A stretch of DNA of 61,486 bases, from assembly GCA_002315325.1 (NCBI GenBank), contig DCGU01000076.1, positions 1 to 61,486 of the forward strand. The letters are read 5' to 3'. Source of the stretch: Clostridiales bacterium UBA1770 (GTDB taxonomy: Bacteria > Bacillota > Clostridia > Oscillospirales > CAG-272). Shown here one piece after another: positions 37,787 to 48,600 of this stretch (positions are counted from its first letter, which is position 1; the number at the start of each line of letters is the position of its first letter). The position numbers and the translations under genes are program-made. The notes beneath the pieces are model-generated. The model made no database searches. It was not told the DNA's origin and worked only from the letters and a program-made list of their open reading frames with translations.

Positions 37787-38437
37787 ATGCTGCAATTGGA
37801 AAATATTGAAAAAGGGTATAACGGTGAACCGGTTTTGCGCGGCATTACGCTGACAATCAACGATGGGGAATACCTGTCCGTGATGGGGCGCAGCGGCAGC
37901 GGTAAAACGACGTTGCTCAACATTTTGGGCGGCTTTTTGCCGCCGGAGTCGGGCCGCGTCTTGTGGGACGGTAAGGACGTTTACGCCATGACGGATGCAG
38001 AAACGGCCTACGCACGCTGTAATAAGGTCGGATACGTGTTCCAGGGGTTTAAGCTGATCAATACGCTCAGTGTGGCGGATAATATTTTGCTGCCGGCGTC
38101 ACTTTCCGATCTGGATGATACACGTGTGCGTGCTAATTTCCAAGAGTTGACGCGGGAATTGTGTATTGACACGCTGCTGGAAAAGTACCCGGATCAACTT
38201 TCCGGCGGACAATGCCAGCGTGCCGCTATTTGCCGCGCCCTCTGCTTTGAGCCTTCATTACTGATATTGGATGAGCCGACAGGCGCACTGGACGTGGAAA
38301 ACGAGAAACGCGTTATGGTACTCTTGCGCCGCATCAACCAAGAGAAAAAGATGACGATGGTACAGGTGACGCACAGTGATGCCGTCGCACGGAACGCCGG
38401 ACGGGTTTTGACCATGTCCGATGGTGTTTTGGTGTAA
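37787..38437 (+). CDS. ABC transporter ATP-binding protein (MacB/FtsE/LolD-like), paralog 2
   Basis: ORF 37544-38437 is trimmed to ATG 37787. It has Walker A GRSGSGKTT, the signature LSGGQCQRAAICRAL and Walker B LILDEPTGALD. By eye it is roughly 60 percent identical to the 18568-19218 product. Confidence 0.88.
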   Translation: MLQLENIEKGYNGEPVLRGITLTINDGEYLSVMGRSGSGKTTLLNILGGFLPPESGRVLWDGKDVYAMTDAETAYARCNKVGYVFQGFKLINTLSVADNILLPASLSDLDDTRVRANFQELTRELCIDTLLEKYPDQLSGGQCQRAAICRALCFEPSLLILDEPTGALDVENEKRVMVLLRRINQEKKMTMVQVTHSDAVARNAGRVLTMSDGVLV

Positions 38438-38443
38438 ACGTTT

Positions 38444-40774
38444 ATGAGTTTGAACGTTAAAAAAGAAAAAACCGCCTTGCGGGCATACGGCAGGCACTTA
38501 ATACGCACCGTGCGCAGACAACCGTTACAGCCGCTGTTTTTGGTGATCATTTTGACACTGGCCTGTTTGATGCAAATCGTGGGGCTTTCGGTCTCGGACG
38601 CCATCGAACTGGAAAATGAGCGTAAGAATGAATCGTCCTGCGGCATTGCCGACGTACGTATCGAGGTGGGTGCCGATGCCGATGCACGGTTTATCACAGC
38701 CAAGGCCGCACAAACTTTTTTGCCCGATACAGCAAGTGTGACGGGTGTCATCTCGATATCATACGTGCGCGAGCAAGATGTGCTTTATGGGTATGCGGTT
38801 GACTTTGATACCGTCAATGACGTTTTCCCGCTGTGGTTCACGGAAAGCAATACTGTGCCGAGTGCCTTGCGTGGAAACGCCCTGTTTATCACGCAGGATT
38901 ATGCCGATGCCTATGCATTGGCTGTCGGAGATACCGTGACGCTGCAATTGTTCAACAGCGACGTCGTCTATACTGTGTATGGTATTTCGCCCTATCCGTT
39001 TTTGGGGGATGGCAGCGTGCTGTGCGACGTTTCCTCCGTCGTGGCGCAATTGACGCAGAAATCTGATTTCGTATCGCTTTTTGCGCAAGGCACGGAGGTC
39101 TTCAGCCGGCTGTATATCGCCGGCATCGAACCTGATAGCTCCACTTTGGAAGCACTCTCCGCTTTGTATCCCGATGCCGTTGTATCCGCCGTGCAAAAAA
39201 ATAACTTTCTTGACGGGTTTAATTTTTTCGGCATCATATCTGCCGTGATGGTGCTGATGACCGAGGTGGCCGCCTTGGTCGTTTCTGCGACCGGGTGCTA
39301 CTGTATGGCTAAGGAAAGGGAAGAGTATACCTTTTTATTTTCGTTGGTCGGCTTTTCACGATGCCGCGCGTATTTTTACCGCGTACTTGAAATGCTGGCG
39401 TATGCCGTCGTCGCACTGCTCATCGGTCTTATTCTATCAATCCCCTGCGGCAGAGCCGTATACGCTTACGTCAACTTAAAATACGTCACGTATGCCATTA
39501 TGCCATATCCCGTACTGACTGCCGTCGGCGCATCGCTCATTCTATGCTTTCTTTCGCCGCTTTTGGCGGAGATTGCGCGCACGGCGGGGCACAAGAAACA
39601 AATCAGCGGCGCCAAATGGATTGCCGCCGTTTGCTCGGGAATCCTATTGCTGTGCGTGGTTGCCGTCATACTTTTGCCGGTGCGGCTGCGCTTCGGCGTT
39701 ACCGTTGTCGGCGTGGCGTGCGGCGTTTTGGCAGCTGCTCTGGGTATATCCCCCATGTTAGCGCACGCTGCCGAGAAAGCACCGCGACACACCGACCGTA
39801 AAAACGTACCGGCCGTGCTTGCACGTAAAAACTGCCGGCGCGTGGGAGAATTAGCCAACTCCTGTCGCCTGGTGGCCGTGTTGCTGCCGGTTATTATGAC
39901 GGCCGGATTCTTATGTTTTGCCGTATATGCGTCGATCGTTCTCGAACCAAAGATGTTTGACGCTTCCTATGCCGTCGTGGGCGGGAATACGACGGTTCCT
40001 GCCGTTTTGGAAGACACAGAAGAAGTGGGAAAAACCTTTCTGTTGCGTACGGCCGTTTTGAAATTGGAAAACGGCAAAAGTGCCAACGTGTGGGGCGTAT
40101 CCGATATTGACGTTTTCGGAAATGAACTGAAGGCGTTGACGCTGCCCGACGTGGGGGAAGCCTTTGGGTCTCGGTTTACCATGGAATCGCGCGACATGCC
40201 GGTCGGGACGACGTACGAACTCGATTTGGGAAAATCGACGGTTGCGATGACGATGATTGATTCCAAAAAAATAACGTCGCCGTATTTGATTACGAATGCG
40301 GAAACGTTGACCGGGGTCAACGCCACGTACTTAGTTCGCCCTGCCGACGGTGTGTCCGATATCGAGCTGTACAACGCGCTTTGCGAAGCACTGGCGGACA
40401 GTATGGTAACCATTGTCCCCACGAGCAGCCTTGTTTCGCATTATTTGGAGATTTTTGTGGTGTATTTCTATTTTTGCCGCATGATGCTCCTGTTATTAAT
40501 CGCCTTCGGTCTGTTCGGCGTGTGTAATAACTTGGCGGAAAACCTGCGCTCGCGCCGCACGGAACTGGGTATGTTCGTGTTGTGCGGCATGACGAAAAAA
40601 GAGATACGCCGCATGATGGCGCAGGAATACCGGCACGTTGCCCGGCTCAGCGTCGGGCTGGGTCTGCTTCTTGCTGCAGTGTTTATCGTGCTGGTCAATT
40701 ACGGCATCCGCGGCTATTCCACCGACTGTTTCGTGCAGCTCGGCGTTTATTTTAAGTATTACGTGTTTGCGTGA
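38444..40774 (+). CDS. FtsX-family ABC permease, paralog 2
   Basis: 776 aa with the same architecture as the 19215-21521 product. Alignable blocks include ALFITQDYADAYALAVGD versus ALFVTKVFADTYAYQIGD, and a C-terminal RSRRTELGMFVLCGMTKKE versus RSRREEFDALLLCGMTRRQ. Confidence 0.85.
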   Translation: MSLNVKKEKTALRAYGRHLIRTVRRQPLQPLFLVIILTLACLMQIVGLSVSDAIELENERKNESSCGIADVRIEVGADADARFITAKAAQTFLPDTASVTGVISISYVREQDVLYGYAVDFDTVNDVFPLWFTESNTVPSALRGNALFITQDYADAYALAVGDTVTLQLFNSDVVYTVYGISPYPFLGDGSVLCDVSSVVAQLTQKSDFVSLFAQGTEVFSRLYIAGIEPDSSTLEALSALYPDAVVSAVQKNNFLDGFNFFGIISAVMVLMTEVAALVVSATGCYCMAKEREEYTFLFSLVGFSRCRAYFYRVLEMLAYAVVALLIGLILSIPCGRAVYAYVNLKYVTYAIMPYPVLTAVGASLILCFLSPLLAEIARTAGHKKQISGAKWIAAVCSGILLLCVVAVILLPVRLRFGVTVVGVACGVLAAALGISPMLAHAAEKAPRHTDRKNVPAVLARKNCRRVGELANSCRLVAVLLPVIMTAGFLCFAVYASIVLEPKMFDASYAVVGGNTTVPAVLEDTEEVGKTFLLRTAVLKLENGKSANVWGVSDIDVFGNELKALTLPDVGEAFGSRFTMESRDMPVGTTYELDLGKSTVAMTMIDSKKITSPYLITNAETLTGVNATYLVRPADGVSDIELYNALCEALADSMVTIVPTSSLVSHYLEIFVVYFYFCRMMLLLLIAFGLFGVCNNLAENLRSRRTELGMFVLCGMTKKEIRRMMAQEYRHVARLSVGLGLLLAAVFIVLVNYGIRGYSTDCFVQLGVYFKYYVFA

Positions 40775-40821
40775 TTTGTGACGTACAATCGATATACGCC
40801 TTATTATAAATTAATAAAACG

Positions 40822-40859
40822 TCCCGTCTGCGGCATTTTGCCGCAGACGGGAGTTTTTG
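40822..40859. terminator. Bidirectional rho-independent terminator
   Basis: A 13-bp stem (TCCCGTCTGCGGC / GCCGCAGACGGGA) is flanked by an A-run upstream and a T-run downstream. It lies between convergent genes. Confidence 0.8.
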
Positions 40860-40921
40860 ATAGCATTCTTTTCGATAAGGACGGCGCGCCGTGTTTGCGT
40901 TTTAGTGCTAAGGGTGCGGTG

Positions 40922-42127
40922 TTAAGAATTGGTCTCTTTCAAAAGCCAGTTCGCTATGTCGGTGATCATAATACCTTCATACTGATAGTCTTCATGCCCG
41001 GTTCTGGCAATAATCATTTTAGGGTAAGCGTCTTTTATTTGCAGTAACGGGCTGATTTCCCGTTGCATCGTGTTGCTGTCACCAATATTGTCAGAAACCT
41101 GCACGTATATTTTCTCGTCTCGTTTTAGGGCAACAAAGTCAATTTCTTTTTGGTAAAGCTTGCCTACGTACACCTCGTATCCGCGACGTATTAACTCCAA
41201 ATAGACAATATTCTCATAGGTTCTGCCGAAATCAAGATTTTTGGTGCCGTTTACAGCGTATTTGAAAGAAGGGTCGCAAAGATAGTATTTTTTGCTTGTT
41301 GCCAAATACTTTTTTCCTTTTAAATCGTACCGCTTGGCTTCATAAAAGAGAAACGCGTTTTCCAAATACCGGATATATTTATCTACTGTTTTTCGTGTGA
41401 TTTCGCTTTTCTCACGGTTTAAGGTATCACAAACGTTGTTCGGTGCCAGTAGATTTCCGATATTATCCATCATAAATGCGGATATGGACAGAAACTCCGA
41501 CTGATTTCGGATTTTGTATTTTGTCACCAGGTCTCTGATAAGAATCGTTTTGTAAACGTCATTCACGTAATCAAGACTCTTTTCCTCTGCGGGATATGGA
41601 TATGCACCCGCCATGCCGCCTTTTCGAACGTATTGATCAAAGGCATCGGAAAAATGATCGTTGATATGGAAGTACTCCGTATATTCTTTAAAAGAAAACG
41701 GTAGTACTTTAACTTCCATGACTCTTCCGGTAAACAGCGTAGCCAAATCCGAACTTAACAAAAAGGCATTTGAACCGGTAAGATAGATATCAAACAGCCC
41801 TTTGGTATGCAAACTGTTTATGGCGAGCTCAAACTTTTCGCAAAGTTGGATTTCATCAATCATAACAACGTTATGTGACGAAGGCGCGTACTGCTGCATA
41901 ACGTATTCGTGCAATCGATGGTAATCAAGAAGGGAATCGTATTCCAATTCCTGCAAATTAATCGATATGATTTTTACGTCCTTTTCCGTATTGTGCAGAT
42001 ATTCTGCAAATTGGCGAAGGAGAACAGATTTTCCGCTTCTGCGTACCCCGGTGATCACTTTTATATCAGGTGTGCCGCTTAAGGCAATAAGTTCATTTAG
42101 GTATTTACCGCGTTGAATGTATGCCAC
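40922..42127 (-). CDS. AAA-family ATPase with DUF4143-like C-terminal region
   Basis: ORF 40922-42238 is trimmed to GTG 42127 behind AAGGGAG. It has Walker A GVRRSGKS and Walker B VVMIDEIQ. The overall pattern is that of the AAA_14 plus DUF4143 ATP-binding proteins. The gene is visibly AT-rich compared with its neighbours. Confidence 0.75.
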   Translation of the reverse strand: MAYIQRGKYLNELIALSGTPDIKVITGVRRSGKSVLLRQFAEYLHNTEKDVKIISINLQELEYDSLLDYHRLHEYVMQQYAPSSHNVVMIDEIQLCEKFELAINSLHTKGLFDIYLTGSNAFLLSSDLATLFTGRVMEVKVLPFSFKEYTEYFHINDHFSDAFDQYVRKGGMAGAYPYPAEEKSLDYVNDVYKTILIRDLVTKYKIRNQSEFLSISAFMMDNIGNLLAPNNVCDTLNREKSEITRKTVDKYIRYLENAFLFYEAKRYDLKGKKYLATSKKYYLCDPSFKYAVNGTKNLDFGRTYENIVYLELIRRGYEVYVGKLYQKEIDFVALKRDEKIYVQVSDNIGDSNTMQREISPLLQIKDAYPKMIIARTGHEDYQYEGIMITDIANWLLKETNS

Positions 42128-42210
42128 GATGCAATTCTCCCTTTCTATGTGATATTTATGTGTGATATTTGATAATAGTATACCATCTTTTAGGGGGCCT
42201 ATCAATACGT

Positions 42211-42253
42211 CTATTCCCAAAACTTTAAAAATTTTCATTTTTCGGGAATAGAA
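42211..42253 (+). repeat. Conserved 43-nt inverted-repeat element, copy 2
   Basis: CTATTCCCAAAACTTTAAAAATTTTCATTTTTCGGGAATAGAA matches 22809-22851 at 39 of 43 positions. Confidence 0.7.
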
Positions 42254-42280
42254 TTCCGCCGAGGGTCACGTATATCATCA

Positions 42281-42318
42281 ATTCGCTTGCAGAAAAACAA
42301 CTGCAGGCGAATTTTTTT
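42281..42318 (+). terminator. Plus-strand rho-independent terminator with no annotated upstream plus-strand gene
   Basis: A 12-bp stem (ATTCGCTTGCAG / CTGCAGGCGAAT, one G-U pair) is followed by TTTTTT. Confidence 0.6.
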
Positions 42319-42361
42319 GCTTGGGGATATAAAAGTCCCGCATTTATTCGGCATAGTAAAC

Positions 42362-42390
42362 TTGTCTACACTATAATTATATGATATAAT
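42362..42390 (+). promoter_or_regulatory. Sigma-70-type promoter of the 3881-aa gene
   Basis: TTGTCT (42362-42367), a 17-nt spacer, then TATAAT (42385-42390). This implies a ~290-nt leader. Confidence 0.5.
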
Positions 42391-42683
42391 TATTTGTGCG
42401 CGTGACGTGAAAACAGTGTAAAAGCGTGCCGCAGGGCATAAAAACGTGTGTCCGAGTTAACGCAAAGATAACGCGCACGGTGTATAATAATATAATTTAC
42501 ACTTAAATCAAATATAATTTTAAAGAGGAGAACGCGTGAAGTAACGTACAGCATGCTTGAACACTTGCTGTTCACGCAGCATAAAAAGCGCTTCCCGGTC
42601 ATGGCTGCCGCCAAGCCCGACGCGTTTTTATGCATAAGATAGTATTATTTTGATAGCCGCCAAGGGCGGCATGGAGGTATAAA

Positions 42684-45600
42684 ATGAAGAACAAACTCAC
42701 AACAAAAGTATCACTCATTTTATTGATGATACTCACGTTCGTTGTACTGCTCGGCGTGAACGTCGGCGCAGCGTCCACGGAGATTACTTCCGGAACGAAG
42801 ACGCTCACGTTGAAGAATAGCGGCGAATACGTGCTAAACGGAGACGTGACGCGTAATATCAAGATTCCGTCGTACTCCGACGTGACCATTGATTTAAACG
42901 GGCACGTTTTGTGCGGTACGGGCAACGGCAGCGTTATCACTAATAATGGTTATTTGACCATTAAAGACAGCAACCCGGATGCGCTGCATTACTACGTGGT
43001 TAATGCGGATGGTTCCTGGACCTGGAATGACGCTGCTGACAAGACGAATGCGGTATTGTATGCCTCGTTAACCGATGCGCCGACGGCAGGAACTGTCGTT
43101 TGCGTGCCCGGCGGTGCAATCACCGGCGGTAATGCCTCATACGGCGGTGCTATCAATAATGCCGCAAAAGACAAAGACACGTATCTGTTTTTGGATGGCG
43201 GTAATTTTATCGGTAACGTTGCTAAAAAGGGCGGCGGCGCCATTGCAAGCCAAAATAAAACAAGCGGAAGCGATATTCTTTTCACATCAACTCTTACGAT
43301 GAAGAACAACGTTAAGGTGCTTGGTAATATTGTAAAGAGTGACGCCAACAATACAATGGGTGGCGGTGTTTACGTGAACAGTATAGCCAATTTGGATAGT
43401 TGTGATATTTCGTATAATGTTTCTGTTTGCACTGCTGACGGCAACCGTGCCTATACGGGTGGGTTGTATTTTGGTGAAAAGGCGACCGTAACCAATTTAG
43501 CTTTACAGCAAGAACTTTCGCACTTGACCATTGTTGGTAATATTACGCTGGCATCCGGCGATTGTTCGGTTGCTTTAGGCGGCGGTATTTCCTTTGCGTG
43601 CCAAGGCAATATTAGACTTTTTTCCTGTACCGTTCGCGGCAACCGCGTCCTGGCAACCGGGCTGGAAACGGCCGGCACTGCACGTGCCTTTGGTGGCGGT
43701 GCTTATGTCTATAATGACAATTTAGTTTTGACGTTGAAAGATACGACGGTATCGGATAACGTTGCTAAAGTTGAAGCACCCAAAGACGGTGATGCCCTTC
43801 GATATGCGTTTGGCGGCGGTATTTATATCGGCCACGGAACGTTGAATATCAACGATGATGACGTCTTAATATCCGGCAACCTTGCGGATGCCACGTATAA
43901 GGCACAGGGCTCCGGCGTGTATATGGCCGGGAACACGACCTTTATCATGACAGCCGGAAAAATCACCGGGAACACCATTAAAGCCTACAGAGACGGTGAC
44001 GTCAATGAGGAGGAGGGTGCCGGCGTTATCGTCACCTATGATTCATGCGCGTTTAAGGTCGGTGGAGGAGCGGTGATTGTAAGCAACACTGACTCCCTGG
44101 GTGCTGAAAATAACGTTTACCTGCGCGAAAATGCGGTTATTTCGACACTGCCAAATCCGACTGACATGAGAATCGGTGTGACGGTAGTGAACGGTGTAGG
44201 TACGATTACGGATATGACGTCCGTGCCTGTTCATTCGTATTTTTTTGCGGACAACGCAGATTATACGTTGATGAATGAGGGTGTTGTTCAAAACTACGTT
44301 TTAAAATCAGTCGTTCCCGTATGTGTTGTGACCGACGGTGCACTTCAGGGGCAGAAATTTGGCAGAGTTAAAGATGCCTTTGACAAAGCATCACAATTAG
44401 AAATAACGGTTTCACTTTTATGCGATCAAACCGAATGCATTGAACTTCAAACAGGTGCTATCGGCACGATTGATTTGAATGGGTACGTTCTTTCAGCCCC
44501 CGACGGGAAATCCGCCATTGTAAATGGCGCTCTTTTGACCGTGACGGATTTGAATACTGTGAGAACGTCATCACATAAGTTTGTTTATCGCAAGACTGAT
44601 GCATGGACCCTGACGAATACTGTCGAAGATGCTATTGGGGTTTCCGCAATTGACGAGGACACTCTTGAGGGTACTATTGTTATCGTGTACGGCAGTGTCA
44701 TTACCGGTGCAAACGGGAACAGCGCAATCGCCAATTCCGGTACAATGGTATTGGAAAACGTCAATATCATCGGTAACGATGCTGCTGGCAACAATGGCGG
44801 CGGGATTACCAATGGTGATAACGGCATTCTTACGCTTGTTGGCTGTATCATTGCCGGCAACAAAGCAGCAAACGGCGGCGGTATATATGCGGATAAAGCA
44901 ACCGGAGGAAATTGCTTCGCAGAAGGCACGAAAATCACGATGGCAGACGGCACCATTCTGCCCATCGAGGACGTTCACGTCGGCGACAAAGTGCTTTCGT
45001 TCAACCATGAAACAGGCAACTATGAAAGTCAAAAGGTCATGCTTGCTTATAGGGGTGAGGCAAAAGCATCCTATTTCACCCTACATTTTGCAGATGGCAA
45101 TGAGCTCAGCATTGTCGGCTGTCACGATTTGTTCGAACAGTCTGCCTGCCGATACGTTACCGTCAGCACAGAAAATGCAACGGAATTCATCGGTAAATAT
45201 TTCTACAATGCGGCAAGTAAATCATGGGTGAAGCTGGAATCCGTGACCTACTGCGACGAAAAAGTTAATTTTTATTCCATATACGTTGCAGGTACCATCA
45301 ACTGCATCGCTAACGGCATGCTTACCATTCCCGACGATATGGAAACGGTATGCAATCTATACGAGTTCAATGCGGATTTAACGGTGAATGCTGAAGCGTT
45401 ACAAGCGGAGATTGACACATACGGCTTGCTTGCATACGAAGATTCCCCCTACGTTTTGTCCCGTGAAACGTTTGACGCGCTCAATATGCGTTTTTGGAAT
45501 ATCCTCATCGGCCGCGGTTTTATGACGACCGAGGAACGGGATTACGTTTACAACGAATGGTACCGCGACCTTGACCTGCAGCTGACAAATGCGCAGCTCT

Positions 45601-48600
45601 TTGGTAGTGCCGTGCTGTTTTCTGCCGAGGTGCCTTCCAACTTAACTATTTCCGGCAAGACGTTGATTTTTGGCAACGTCAACGCTTCCGGTGCTGCTGA
45701 TAACGTGTATTTATGCGACGGAAAAGACATTTGCGTTAAAAACCCTGATGCCGATATGTACGTCGGCGTTACGCTTGCCGGCAAAACCGGTGTTGCAACG
45801 ACGGCAGCCGATGATTCTTTTGCCAAGTATTTCTTTAGTGATAACGATGAATACGTGGCATTCGACACAGGTGTTGCGGTTGCTTTGCAGGTATATATCG
45901 GCAACCCCGTTGCTGTCATCAGTGAAACAAATCTGCGGTATGCGTCCCTTACGGATGCCATCAAAGCTGCCGACACGACGCCTTCAACCATTATCCTGTT
46001 GTGCGACGTGACTGAAAACGTTACAATCCCGGATGCTGCAACGATTACGATTGACTTGGACGGCTACGTTTGGCAATCTGTTGCTGATACCGATGAACAT
46101 ATCATTGATAATAACGGCACGTTAACTATCATAGACAGTAATACTCATAACCAAACGCACAATTATAAGGTCAATGCTAAAGGAGTATGGGTACTGACGG
46201 ATGATGAGTATACAAAAACGTTTGCTTCGCTGACAGACATCCCGGCAGAAAATGACGTCATTTGTGTTCCCGGCGGCGTGATTACCGGGAGCAAATTAGT
46301 AGCTATTGCGAACATTAATACACTGAAGATAGCTGGCGGCAATATCATCGGTAATGCAATCGATGATGTGCAAGCCGGAATAATACATCATCACTCGGGT
46401 GAAATGACCATCACGGCGGGTAACATTGTCGGAAACGGTATACATGCCGTCGTTTGTGAGGGCAGCACCTTGACGATGGATGGTGGCTGCATTGCGTATA
46501 ACAACGGTATCGGTGTGGCAATTGATGATGAAAGCAGTTTTTATTTGAAGAATGGTGTCATCCGTGGGAACAGCATCGGCGGTGTCAATAATACCGGTAC
46601 TTTCTTGATGACCGGTGGTCTTATCACCGGCAACAAGGCTGAAATGGGCGCGGGTGTTTATAGCTGTGGCACAATCACCATAGGCGGCACGGCACAAATC
46701 TACGGAAACACCGCAACAGATTGTGGCGATAATTTGACGATTTATGCCCCGATTGCTTTGGGTACCGGAACCGATGCCCCTGCCGATGGCATGATAGTGG
46801 GTATTTCGTTGTTAGACGGTGATGATGCTATCAAAGCCGGTGCTGTAACAAAAGAAACCACGGTACCTTATGCTAAGTATTTCTTTAGCGATAACGATGC
46901 TTACGTGGCATTTAACACGGGTAAACCGACTGCCATGCAGGTATATATCGGCAACCCCGTTGCGGTGATCAGCGAGACCAATTTGGGATATCCATCCATT
47001 AAAGATGCAATCGAAGCCGCCGGCACGACGCCGTCGACGATTAAACTGCTGTGCGACGTAAAAGAGAACGTTACGATTCCTGCAAATGCTGATATCACGC
47101 TCGATTTGAACGGATACGTTCTCTCCGGCGACGGCACGACAAGCGTTATTGTCAACTACGGCACGGCCACCATTACCGACAGCAATCCCACATCAACCCA
47201 TTATTACGTGGTGGACGCAAACGGCGTGTGGCAATGGAATGATAAAGCCACAAAGACAGATGCGGTTAATCTCGCGGATTTAACCGGCATCCCCGCAGCG
47301 GGCACGATTATTTGTGTCCCCGGCGGTGCTATCACCGGCGGCGCGGCTGTCAACGGCGGCGGTATTGAAAGCAAAGGCACGCTCGCCCTGGAAGATGGCA
47401 CCGTTATCGGTAATAAAGTGACGAGTAACGGCGGCGGTGTGTACGTATTCGATAGCAATTTCACAATGACCGGTGGTAAAGTTGTCGGCAACGTTGCCAA
47501 CACTTACGGTGGCGGTATCTACGTTGGTAAACAAGACAGCGTTGCCGACTTTACTATGATTGATGGTAATATCTACGGCAACAAAGCGTCATACGGCGGC
47601 GGTGTGTACGTCTTCAAAGCCAACTTTACCATGACAGGCGGTAACGTTGTCGGTAACAAGTCAACAACTTACGGCGGCGGTGTGTATAATGCCGGCACGT
47701 TTACTATGAACGGCGGTACTGTTTCCGACAATACGGCTGTGGGTGCGAGTAAAATCGGGACAATCTATAAAGATGGCGGTGGTGTGTATAACGCCGATAA
47801 AGCCACCTTTATCATGACCGGCGGAAGCATTACCGGTAACGCAGCGAATAGTGGCGTTTACAACTGCGGTACCATGACTGTTGGCGGTGCTGCAACCATC
47901 ACCGACAATAAAAATAAAGACGGCAAGGCAAGCAACCTGTATTTGCCAAGCGGCAAGACCATCACCGTTCAGGACTTTAACGGTATGGTAGGCATTACTA
48001 CGCAGGATGCACCCGCAGCCGGAGCACTGATTGCATTTACGGGTGCGAACGATGCAAACAAGACATACTTCTTCTCCGATAACGATGCTTACAGTGTTAT
48101 CAAAGCGGACGCCACGCTGTATCTCGGTATCCCTGTCGCGCAAATTGTTGAGACCGGTGAAAAATACGTAAGCATTTATGATGCCGTCACAGCAGCCGGC
48201 ACAACGCCGACGACCATCAAGTTGCTGTGTTACGTACAGGAAAACGTTACGATTCCCGCAGGTGCACAAATCACACTTGACCTCTGTGGCCAAATATTGG
48301 AGGGTGCCGGCGACAGCAGCGTTATTGTCAACTACGGTACGCTGACGGTAACCGACAGCAATCCCGATATTGAACATTATTACACGGTTGTTCCGACCGG
48401 GATGTGGGATTGGAATGATAATGAAATTTGGCTTTCGAGGCCCTTTGCTTCTTTCACAGAGATTCCCTCTGAGGGCACGATTATCTGTGTTCCCGGCGGC
48501 GCGATTACCGGCGGTGCGGGTATGCTTTTATACGAAGATGATCCTGATACCTACGGCGGCTGTGTATGCAATAAAGGCACGTTCACAATGAACGGCGGCA

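Noticed and set aside
42128-42238. 37-codon N-terminal extension of the AAA-ATPase ORF
   Set aside because: Its ATG lies inside the 43-nt element, which also occurs in a noncoding context at 22809-22851. GTG 42127 has an AAGGGAG RBS, and homologs typically start just before the YIxR motif.
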